Below are positions 1-12,314 of a stretch of 64,000 bases of DNA, one piece after another (position 1 is the stretch's first letter; every line of letters begins with the position of its first letter). The notes beneath the pieces are model-generated. The model was not told where the DNA came from. It did no database searches and was given only the letters and a program-made list of their open reading frames with translations. The DNA comes from Salpingoeca rosetta (Eukaryota; Protista; Choanoflagellata). The DNA lies in contig JAWQFM010000017.1 of NCBI GenBank assembly GCA_033442325.1, positions 1,140,036 to 1,204,035 of the forward strand. Reading direction: 5' to 3'. A program made the translations under genes and the position numbers.

Positions 1-148
1 GGTGATGGTCTAGGGCATGAGATTGTATGGGATCGCATGGTATGTGGAGGTGGGGTGTGTCTTGTGTAGTGATGGCAGTGTCGACCTGCAGGACACGATC
101 GAGTTTTGCAAATTATCGCGTGAAGTGGTGACGTGCAGTGTGACTCAC

Positions 149-1322
149 TCAAAACCGTTGCACGCCGCAACGTGAAGCAGTGTGGCGTCCTGCAAAAGCA
201 CGCCAATGAAACATACGCACCCACACGTGAGGCAGTGGTGTCGCTTGCACCAAGCAAGCGTGAAGCAAGGTGGACGGCGAAGTGGTTGGATCAAACGTGC
301 TTATCACAACGCCCACACCAAACAACCAAGCACTATCATACCGCCGCCGCCGCCACCATCATCATCATCATCATCATCATCGTCATCATCGCCACCACCA
401 CCACCACCAGCGCCGAAATTACTGACGTTGTCGTTGATTGGAGCGTTGAGGTTGCGTCCTTTGCGGATCAAACGTTTCACATCCCGCAGCATCTTGCGCG
501 CCGTGCCATGACGCAACTCGTCCAGCTGACACACAACAAGATGGGTGCGGGGGATGGAGAGGGGGAGAGGAGAAGGACAGGGGGCAACAAAGATGATTAT
601 GGGGTGAGGGTATGGTGCGTGTATTGGAGCGTGGAGAACCGAAAACGTGATGGGGACTCGGAGCACATCCGCGCAAATACACACACACACGGGCGCACAC
701 ACGGGCGCACACACACACACGCACACAGTCACACACACACACGCACGCACACACACACACACACGCACGCACACACACACACAGTCACACACACACGCAC
801 ACAGTCACACACACACACACGCACGCACACACACACACACACACACACATACACACTCACACACGCACGCCGTACATTGTCCAGGAGCCCCTGGTCTTCG
901 AGGGCACGCTCGATGATGGCCTCTGTTCGCTCGTCGTCTGCCACGTCCAGTGCAAGATCGCCGTCTGCGTTTGCAAGCGTCACATCCGCTCCAGAGGCAA
1001 TCAGCTTCGAGCAGATGCGCGCACCACCTGATGAGAGAGCCGCCACGAAAGGCAGGAAGGCACGGGGTGGTGGGAATGGGAAGGTAAGGCATTGCGTGTT
1101 GGGCCAGGATGATGGGTGAACTGGAACACACACAGGCAAGCACACGTGCACACGCGTGCGAGCGCACACGCGCGAATCGTGCACGGCGACAGCGAGCATG
1201 GGTGGCGGTACCTGCTGCTGCGGCTGCGTGCAACGGCGTCCACCAGTCGTGATCGAGCGTATTGACATTTGCACCGGCATTTAGCAACAGTGTCACCGCT
1301 CGCAGCTGGCCTTCCACACACG

Positions 1323-1416
<94 letters not shown>

Positions 1417-1516
1417 NNNNNNNNNNNNNNNNNNNNNNNNNNNNNNNNNNNNNNNNNNNNNNNNNNNNNNNNNNNNNNNNNNNNNNNNNNNNNNNNNNNN
1501 NNNNNNNNNNNNNNNN

Positions 1517-1585
<69 letters not shown>

Positions 1586-2400
1586 GTATGCGTGTGTGTG
1601 TGTGTGTACGTTGTATGCGTGTGAGTGAGGAGGCGGACAGCGAATCAGATGCACTTTTTTCGCCACAACGCATGATAATGTGTTGAGCACAGTCGCACAC
1701 ACAGCCTTGCCTGTGGAGCGGGGTCATGCCGTCGCCGTCTGTGTCGTTGGGATTTGCGCCTTGCTCAAGGAGGGACTCGACGGTGGCCATGTCGCCCTCA
1801 ACGATGCAGTCCATGAGCAGGTCTGTGTCTGGAAACTTGACCATGCGTTTCCGGTTCTTCTTGGGCTTGGGCAGGTCTTTCTTCTTCAACCTGTAGCCTC
1901 GCGGCGCATTGTGTACCTTGAACTCCACCTCCTGCAACACCAACCAAGGCAGTAACGTGGTTTGTTGGTGAGCCCGATGCAAATCGAGAAAATCGGGTGA
2001 ACAGGGGAAGGGGGGGGGGGACACACAGGGCAACAGATGATTGAGGTGTGCACACATGTGTGTAAACACACAAGAACTTAGACAAGAACTCTCGGACACT
2101 CGCAGGCAACATATGACTGTGTACACACACATGTGCACATGTACACACACACACACACACATGTGCACATGTGCACATGTACACAGCACACACACAGACA
2201 CACACACACACAGACACACACACATATACATACAAACACACAAATACATACACAGATACACACACAAATAAACGCACACACAGACAAAACACACACACCT
2301 CGCCGGATTCGAATCGCGCCAGGGTTTGCAGCTGTTCTTGTCTCCCTTGCTCTGCTGCCTTCTTGGCCTCCATCATGGCCGCCATGCTGTTGCTGCTCAT
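149..2400 (-). CDS. Protein phosphatase 1 regulatory subunit, MYPT/PPP1R12-PPP1R16 family (RVxF motif + ankyrin repeats); 3' part continues beyond the left edge
   Basis: Exons read by hand: 2400-2299, 1931-1711, 1324-1212, 1027-876, 525-427, 189-149, all phase-consistent. Protein has an N-terminal RQEQL (MyPhoNE-like) motif, the PP1-docking motif KRMVKF, then ankyrin repeats (DGMTPLHRAC, DWWTPLHAAA, DGDLALDVA, DATLLHVAACNGF). Confidence 0.85.
1417..1516. other. Assembly gap (100 N) within a (TG)n intron
   Basis: Run of N flanked by TG repeats. Confidence 1.
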
Positions 2401-3074
2401 GGTTGCCGTTGCTTGCTGTATTGGTTGGTGTCACCAGACGTGTGGCCTTGTGGCGGGTGGGTGGGAGTGCCAATCGAATCCTCCTTCGCCAACAACAACT
2501 TCCTCGTCTGCTTCTTCCCGTTGCTGAGGATTGTTGAATGATTTCTGCAAATGTTCGCGCTTGCCTTCGTGCTTGTTTTGTTTGTTTGCATCCATGCTCG
2601 CAGGCAAACACAAGCATTCTTCTCCTTCCTGCCTGTTTGTGGTGTTTGTGCGTGGCGTGTGCTTGACCCAAGAAGCTGGGTTGTGCTGCTCCTGGCTCTC
2701 TCGCTTCCTCTTTTGACCCCCATAACCAACGACACTGAACACGAGAACCGTGAGTTCTCCTCTTGTCTTGTGGGTGGACCTGTTGAACGCGGCCCGCAAT
2801 TTAGCAAGCAAGGCAACTCCCTCAGCTCAAGAAGACTCTGTTCTCTTCTTCGACTCTGCGTTCTTCTTTCTTCAGCCAACACCACGTTCTCCCTCAATTT
2901 ACGCCTACAGTACAACCACCGCACAACAACGCTGCTGCTGTTGACCAGTGGCAGAAGCACTGCGCTGCGTGAGTGAGTGTGTATTTTGTGCTTGGTGGCC
3001 GTCAGCCAGCGGTGCATTGATATTGCCTGCAGGCAACACACCAAGCGGGCAAACCGTGACGAAACGGCGTCAGC

Positions 3075-3922
3075 ATGGCACCCGTTTCAGTACACCCACC
3101 ACAGCACAGCCATGCACTTCGATGGCTCTCCACATTGCTCCTTGTTCTTGGCGTTTTCTCTTCTCTTTTGACCACAGGTATGGTGTGTGGATGGTGTCAT
3201 GCAAACTGCGCAGCCGTTGCTTCTTCTTCCTTGTCTCGTGCTTGCTGTTGTGTGTTTTGGTTGTTTTCATCTCTACAACGCAGTCAATACACACATGCTT
3301 GTTTGCATTGCTACTTTCATCAACATGAGCCAACTGCTCTTGTCCCATGCACTGCACACCCCATGTATTGCTTACACACACACACACACACACGCACACT
3401 TGCACACACACACTTGCCCACGCACAGCGGCCGGTTCGGCCATTGTGCTCGCCAACAACTTTGGAACATGTGGCATTGAGCCTTCCCTCGCCATCGGCAA
3501 GTGCGGCGCCGTGCACGTGTCCTTGGACTCATGGGAGCTGCAGCTTCAGGCACCGGCCGACCTGGAATGCAAGTTCTACCACGACAGCGATTGCTCTCAA
3601 GTCGTTTCTTCGGGCCTCTCACCTGACATCTGGAGCACACCATCCTCCTCCATCCTTGCCAGAACAAACGTGCGCTTTTGTAAATGCTTAAATGGCCCTG
3701 ACTGTTGTGCTTTCGTTGGTCGCTTGCTCTGTTGAACTTGCCCGCACACCTTCACAAGCTCTTGACGGTTCGTCTTCTTCGCCTTGCGACACACACACAC
3801 ACACACACACTCACGCACAAACACTCACGCACAACACTCACGCACACACACACACACACACACACTCACGCACAACACTCACGCACACACACACACACAC
3901 TCACGCACAACACTCACGCACA

Positions 3923-3957
<35 letters not shown>

Positions 3958-6900
3958 TCACACACGCATAACGCACACCTTCTCTCCCTCTCTCCCCTCC
4001 CCCTCCAGGTTGGCAAAGGTCGCATGCCCGTGTACTTGCGGTGCGTGGGAACACAGACGGGAACAGAGGTGGTGCTCAAGAACACATGGAACGGGATCAG
4101 CACGATCAACGAGGAAGAGTCCCTGCTTGTTGTCGAGAACCACATTGCATGCGACCCAGATCGTGAGTTGTTCACGCAGTATGTGCTGCAAACCAACTTG
4201 AAACACACCTTGAAACACGGCCTGCTGCCCGCCCTTCTGTGATTCTTGCCCCTGCTCCACCGTTTGTCCCACACACACATACACACACACACACATTGCT
4301 TGTCTTGCTCCTCTTTCTCATCACCCCCCACCCAACAAACACACACATGCACACATTACATCACCCAACACAACACCACCGCCAACAGCTGACCGCGTCG
4401 TGTTCTCGTTGAGCGCGAGCGCAACAAGCGTTGTGGAGGAAGATACACCCTCCATCACCTTCAACGTCAGCAGAACAGGGCCCACCGACGATGACGTGAG
4501 CGTTCGCCTGGCCGCCGTTGATTTCCAGGCCTCGCGCAACGCGGACTACACGCGCGCATCCGCCTCCCGGCTCATCACGTTCGCTGCGGGCCAGACTTGG
4601 GCGCAGGAAACCATCCCCATCCTGGACGATGCCTTTCCGGAGCTTGCAGAGTCGTTTGCGCTTGCCCTGACGCAACCGACCTTGTTGACAGGCTCTGGCC
4701 GCGAGGTTGTGCTTGAGGATGGTGCTGCCGTCGTCCTCATCACCATCCAGCCATCCGATGACCCGCACGGTGTCATTGCTCTCCGCAACCCCAACACCAC
4801 CATCGCCCTGACTGAGCCCCTCTCTGGTGCCACCACCATCACCATCCCGCTCGTGCGCACGGGCGGGACCTTTGGCTCCGTCACTGTGGACTGGATCATT
4901 GACGGCGATGCACAGACCCACGACTTTGACGCGCTGCAAGGGTCTGTCACCTTTGGGTCTGCGGAGGCCGCCGCCAACATCACCCTGCAACTGCGCGCCG
5001 ACAACCAGCCTGAGCTGCTGGAACAAAGCGTGTTCCGGCTGCTCACCGCGAGCAACGGCGCGACCGTTGACGCCGCAAGCGCAGCCCTCACCCTCACGGT
5101 TGACCCAAACGACGACCCACACGGCGTCGTCTACGTGCAGGCAAGCGAGCAGCAGCTCATCATGCACCACACTGGTCAACGCGCGCTGCGCATCCTTGCC
5201 CAGCGGTCTGCGGGCACGCAAGGCGCTGTCAACGTCACGTTCTCCGTCACCTTTGGCACGAGCAACATCATCAGCAACAACCTCGCCTGTCTGCAGCAGT
5301 TTATCATCGCCGACAGTGTCACCATCGCCATCTCACATGGCGCCGCCAGTGCAGAGGCAGTTCTTCCCTTCAGCGACACCGTGTTGCTGGAGCAAGGCGC
5401 CGGGTTTTGCCTGCAGGCAACGGCAGTCGCACTGGCAGATGGCTCCCCTGTCCTCGTGGCGTCGGATTCTTTGTCGCCTCGCCTCAACACATCGCGTGTC
5501 GACGCCCGCGTGGTTGTCGCGCGTGCGTTTGCCAACGGCGTGGTTGGCTTTGCCGGCACAAGCATCAACCAGGCAGAGCCCGCCACCCAGCAGCAGGACA
5601 TCACCATCCTGCTTGTGCGCTCTGGCGGTGGTTATGGTACACTTGACGTGCAGCTTTCTCTCACTGGGAATTCAGAGTACGCCGTGCCTGGCCAGGACGT
5701 GACCCTGTCATCTAACGTCTCCCACTTTGATGCTGGCGACTCCCTCCACGAGCTCACCGTCTCCGTGCACCCCGACAACATCCCTGAGCTTGCCGAACAG
5801 TTCTTCGTCACCGTGGCGGACATTCCGTCCGGCCGCGCCGCCATCGACTCGGACTCCTCTGTTCTCACCGTCACTGTCCCGGTGCGCTGAGATGATGACA
5901 TGGGTTGTTTTTGGAAGTGAAATGGATGTCTCGTGCTCCAATAATTTCCATACACACACACACACACCCAATTTGCATGCATCCGCTTGCACACAAACGC
6001 ACACACACACACTCACATGCACACACACACGTATACATACACACTCTCACAAATGCACATGCACACACATACACACTCACATAAACACATGCACACACTG
6101 TACTGCACTGCAGAAAAATGACGACGCAAATGGCGTGCTTGGGTTTGAGGTGACGGGCTACCGTGTGTCGGAGACGGACCCGAGCGGACATGTGGTGCTC
6201 AACGTGACAAGGACACGCGGGGCGTTCCAGTCTGTGAGCGTGGCGTTTGCCACGAGCGACGGCACGGCGGTGGCCGGGACCAACTACGAGGCGCAGAGCG
6301 GGACGCTTGTGTTTGGGGAAGGGGAGCGGAGCAAGGAGATTGCGGTTGGGGTGCTGGATGCGGGGGCACCGCGGGCGCCTGTGCGAACGCTGACGGTGAC
6401 GCTGGGACAAGTGATTGGCGGGGCGCGGGTGGCGGCCGCATCTGCCACAGCCACCGTCAACATTCAGTCCTGCCACCACTGCAGCTTCAACATCATCGAC
6501 TCGCCGTCCCCGCTCGTGACAGCGGAGCCAGCAGGCACCAACACGGCCGACGTGACGGAGGTGGCTATCCCTGTGCGGCGAACCCCAGACACCTTTGGGC
6601 CCGCCACGCTCCACTGGACGGTGTTTGAGAATGACCCTGCCACTGGCGACATCACTGCCGTGCAGGCGAGCATGGACTTTGTTGACGCCACTGGCGCGGT
6701 GTCCTTCGTGCATGGCCAGCAGGATGCCGTGGTTGTGCTGCACATTCGCAACGACAACGAGCCTGAATTGACAGAGCGCTTCAGCCTGGTGCTCGTCTCA
6801 GTGGACGGTGATCCATCGCTTGGAATCAACGCAACCCTGCCCATCGACATTGTTGCCAACGACCTGTGCTTTGGCAGCTTCTCGTTCTCGGCATACCCTG

Positions 6901-9900
6901 CGGCAGTGACTGTGTATGAGCCCCAGGACCCGTCCAGTGGTGCTCGCGTGCACACCTTCAACATCACACGTGCGCGTGGCACATTCAACAGCGTTCGTGT
7001 CTCGCTGGAGCTGCAACTCCTAACGGCAGGCGACAGCGCTGCAACAAGCGACGACGCTGTTCTGCTCACACCATCTGTTGTCTTCGCCGAGGGCCAGACC
7101 TCTGCTCTTGCGCGCGTCTCCGTCACCAACGACAACATCCCCGAGATTGCAGAGAGCATCATTCTGCGCGCAGCAAGCGTGGCTGTGCTCAACACAAACG
7201 AGACGGTCACCTCAGACCTCGTCACCATCGACGACACGGACGACTACATTGAACTGGTGATTGCGGAGAACGACGACGCGCGGGGTGTTGTGTCCATCCG
7301 CCCGCTCGCCCTCACTGCCAGTGAAGGCGGTGCGCCCTCCGATGTACAGTTCACCCTCACCCGCACACGTGGTGTGTTTGGCGTCGTCACGGTGACGGCT
7401 GGCCTCGTGTCAGTTGCGAGTGGCACTGCTGGCGTGAACGCAAGCAACGTCGCCACTCTCTCGGGCCCGGAGCAAGACGCCTTCCTTCCCATGCCCACTG
7501 TCACGTTTGTCGAGGGCCAAACCGAGGCTATGCTCTCTGTTGGCGTTGTGGATGACGACCTGCCGGAAGTGGACGAACAACTGCGCGTTGTCCTCGTCAA
7601 CACGACCGGTGGCCTAGTCGTCGGTGCCAACGACACGGCTGTGCTCACCATTGCTGCCAGCGACGCAGCGTTTGGCGACCTGTCCATCACCAACGCCTCC
7701 ACCCTTGCTGTGCTGCACGAGTTGGAGGGTGAGGACGCCATGTACGAGCTGGAGGTTCTGCGTGGTGGCGGTGATTTTGGCACCATCACGGTGGAGTGGC
7801 ATCTGGAAGTGGTCACGCCTGGCGACGGTGGTACCACGTCCTCACCCCTCGTCCTTGGCAGTGACATCTCCCCATCGTCTGGGACGTTGACGTTTGCGCC
7901 CGGTCAGCGACGCGCTGTGGTTGCGCTCACCGTGTACGCCGACAACATGCCAGAGACGAACGAGGAGGCCTTGCTCGTGCTGAGCAGCCCGACAAACGGC
8001 GCGCAGCTGCAGGCCAACGCCACGTCACGCCGGGTTGTGATTGAGGCAAACCAGGAGCCGCACGGCGTGGTCTCGCTGGCAGACGCCACCATCATCGTGG
8101 ACGAGGGCGCCGGCACGGTGTCCGTGGCCGTGACGCGCGAGAGTGGCGCCATTGGCCAGATCAGCGTCGATGTCACCGTGCGTGGCGTGTCCGCTGCGGG
8201 CGGTGGTGTGGATTTTGCAGCCACCAACACCACGCTGGTGTTCGCGCCGGGTGTTCGCCAGCTGGCGCACCCCATCACCATCATCGACGATGATATCCCA
8301 GAGCTGGACGAGACGCTGGTTGTGTCGCTCAGCAACCCCACGGGCGGCGCGCTGCTTGGCGCCATCACTCAGACAGAGATCACCATCTTCAACAACGACG
8401 ATGCGTTTGGGCTGGTGCGCGTCGCCAACACCACGCCCGCAGATGTCGCGGCGTTTGACGAGAGCGCAGCAGACAGCAGCATTGTGTTTACAATTGTACG
8501 CGATGCGGGCGCCTTCACCTCCATCTCCGTGCCCTGGTCCCTGCAGCAGGTGGCCGGGTCATCTGCCGCCACGCCCGATTTCGATGTCACCGCTGGTGTC
8601 GTGCAGTTTGCAGAGGGCGAGCGTGTTGCCACCATCACCGTGCACGTGCTCGATGACGACGTGCCCGAGGACGACGAGACGTATCAGCTGGTGCTCAGCA
8701 GCGTCACTGGCAGTGCGCGCGCACATCCGCAGCTTGGTCGCCACAACGTCACCATCGCTTGGAACGACAACGCCTTTGGCATCATCAGCGTGCAGGCGGG
8801 CGCGCGCAGCCAGCGCGTTGCTGAGAGCGATGGCAGCGTCTCCATTCCTCTGCAGCGCACGCAGGGCACGTTCCGCCGTGTTGGTGTCAACTGGGTCATT
8901 GCCGTGGCCACGGTGAGCTCTGGTGACGTGAGCCCCACATCCGGCACCGCGTACTTCGAGCCCGGCAGCGACACCGCCGCCATTGTCATCTCCATCACAG
9001 ATGACGCAATACCAGAGGTTGACGAAGGGTTCACAGTGAGCCTGCAGAGCGTCACCGTTGCCGGTGCCCTGCTTGTGTCCGATTTGAATGCTCTGCGTGC
9101 AGATGTCACAATCGTTGCCAACGACGACCCGCACGGCGTGATCAGCCTGCGCAGCGGCAGCGGCACGCTTGCGCTGACCAGCGGTGGCCTGCGCTCACTC
9201 CGCGTGACACTCGACCGCAGCGGTGGCACCATCCTTCCCATCGACATCACCTTCTCCGTGCTCATGTCACTGCCGCCTGGTGGCGTACAAGCCAGCAGTG
9301 GCAGCGGCGGCGGTACAGCAGAGCGCTCTCCCTGCCAGGCCCAGACCATCGTGTCCAGCCCGCAGACGGTGACCATGGGCGACAAGCTCGCGTCACGCGT
9401 CGTGAGCCTGCTGATTGAGGAGACGGCCGTGCTGGTGCAGGACGCCGTGTTCTGCATTCAGCTCGACTCTGTCGTGCTCTCCCGCGATGGCTCGCACACC
9501 AACACAAGCACGGGCCCGTCACCAAGCTTGGCGGCGTCCATGGATGCCCGTGCACTCAACGTGTCTGTGAGCAGTGCGTATGCCAACGGCCTTGTGGCCT
9601 TTGGCGACACTGCGGGGACCGTGCACGTGACGGAGGCAGCAGACCTTGACGCACCCGAGACACAGCTTGTGCCTGTGGTGCGGAGCGACGGCAGCTTCGG
9701 CGATGTGGCACTGGCGTGGGAGATTGTGCCCTCACACACGGGTGACTTTGACGCTGTGAGTGGGACCGTGATGCTGCCGTCTGGGCAGTCGTTTGCGTCC
9801 ATTCCCATCACCGCCGTGAAGGAGCAAGTGCCAGAGCTTGACGAGCTGTTTCAGCTGCGCCTGACGGGCATCACCAGCGGTACAGCAACGCTGGGCGCCG

Positions 9901-12283
9901 GTGTCAACGACACACGCGTGCAGCTGCTCATCCCCGCCAACGATGATCCGTTTGGCGTGCTTGGGTTTGAGGTGACGGGCTACCGTGTCTCGGAGACAGA
10001 CCCGAGCGGACATGTGGTGCTCAACGTGACAAGGACACGCGGGGCGTTCCAGTCTGTGAGCGTGGCGTTTGCCACGAGCGACGGCACGGCGGTGGCCGGG
10101 ACCAACTACGAGGCGCAGAGCGGGACGCTTGTGTTTGGGGAAGGGGAGCGGAGCAAGGAGATTGCGGTTGGGGTGCTGGATGCGGGGGCACCACGGGCGC
10201 CTGTGCGAACGCTGACGGTGACGCTGGGACAAGTGATTGGCGGGGCGCGGGTGGCGGCCGCATCTGCCACAGTCACCGTCAACATTCAGTCCTGCCACCA
10301 CTGCAGCGTCTTCCTTGATCCTACGCAGGACCTGTTTGTTGGCGAGGAGCCTGCATCCCCTGATCCCGCCGATGCCACAGGCATTGACGTGCGTGTCCTG
10401 CGACAGCCAGACAGCTACGGCTCTGCGCTTGTTGGCTGGCGGGTGGTGCATGCAGGCACCAACACGCTTGCAAGCGACGACTTTGTGGATGCCAATGGCA
10501 CGGTGACGCTGGAGCACGGGGAGACCGAGACGACGCTCCGCCTGCTGCCGCGCGCTGACGCCACCCCAGAAACAGCGGAGGCATTTGAGGTTGAACTCAC
10601 CAGCGTGAGTGGGGACCCGTCTCTCGGCAGTGACGATGTGCTGGAGCCTGTCACGCGCAATGTGCAGCTTGAGCCCAGCGACCAGCCGTATGGGTTGTTT
10701 CGTATCGGCACCGCATATGTGCGCGACGGCAACAGTGGCGCGGTGAACTCTGTTGCCGGTACTGCCGATTCCGTGTCCACACAGGAAGGCGACACGGTGC
10801 AGGTGACCATTGATCGGCAGCACGGCACGCTCGGCGCTGTTGACGTGTACCTGATGCTGCTGTCCCTTGCGGGCGAGGTTCCTGCCGACAACGCTGCAAC
10901 CCCTGGCGATGACATTGCTATTCTGCACAGTGCTGGGATTGGTGCTGTTCGGTTCGCAGATGGGCAGACGCGTGCCAACGCAACGCTTGCCATCATCGAC
11001 GACGGCCTGCCTGAGCTGGACGAGCGTCTGGTGGTCGCCCTGTTGAATGCCACCATTGTCGGAGACACCCTAGCAGCGAGCATGGATGCGCGGCGTGTGC
11101 GTGTGTCCAACACGACGCGTGAATCTGGCCTCACCATTGCTGTCGAAGAGAACGACGACGCACATGGGGTGTTTGAGCTCTCTGCACCGTCCCTCGCCAA
11201 CGAAACGTTGAGCGAAGGTGCCGTGGCCACTGTGACTGTTGAGCGCAGGCGCGGCACGTTTGGCGCTGCTGGTGTCTCTCTCGTGCTTTCTTCAGTTGTT
11301 GATGACGACAACACGGCGACAACGGACGCTGTGCTCTCGCAAACAGACATCACATTTGTGGAAGGCGAGAGCTCTGTGCAGGTGACCCTGACCGTCCTGG
11401 ACGATGCTGTGCCCGAGGATACAGAGTCGTTTGTGCTGTCCTTGTCTGCGGGCAGCGTGACTGGCGGTGCGCGGCTGTCACCAAACGCGTGGGCCACACA
11501 GGCGGCGTTCTCAGTTGCGCCCAACGATGATCCCTTTGGCGTGTTCACGCTCGCGCAGCCGCTGTACAGTGTGGACGAGCCAGCCAACGTCACTGTCACG
11601 GTGCTGCGGTCTGCTGGACTGTATCGCACCGTGTCCATCCCGTGGCAGGTGAATCAGAATGCCACATCTCCAGATGTCGCACCAAGCAGCGGAGTGGTCG
11701 TGTTCGTGCCGGGCCAGACAGAGGCGTATGTGCAGCTCACTGTCATCGATGACAGTATTCCTGAGGACCGTGAGGACGTGGTATTCACGCTGCAAGCGCC
11801 CACGTCGCCCGTTGCACGCATCGAGCGCAACACCACCACCATCCGCATTGCCGCCAACGACTTTGTCAACGGCGTGCTTGAGTTTGAACCTGGTCTGAGT
11901 GTGCTACGTGTGGGCGAGGACGTGGGCTTGTTTTCCATCACCGTGCGCCGGCGTGGCGGTACGCAGGGCACCGTGTCTGCGGCGTACGAGACGCTTGACC
12001 TGACTGCAACGCGCAGCAGCAACGACTACGCGTATGCCCAGGGCAGGGTGGAGTTTGCGCCTGGCGAGACGGAGCAGACCATTTCCCTCATTGTGGTTGA
12101 CGATGACGTTCCAGAGGATGATGAGCGGTTTCTTCTCGTCCTCTCTGACGCCCAGGGCGGCGCCGTTCTTGGTCTCTCCTCCCAACGTAAGCACGCGCGC
12201 ATGTGCGTGTGTGTGTGTTTATGTTCGTGTTGGTGTGTGTGTGTGTGTTGTGCTTGTGTGTATATGTGTGTGGTTGTGCTTGT

Positions 12284-12314
<31 letters not shown>

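Noticed and set aside
5727-6113. Start of the 6562-aa ORF as the true N-terminus
   Set aside because: Runs through an out-of-frame exon and a CA-rich intron; splicing 5881 to 6114 joins the upstream Calx-beta exon in frame.
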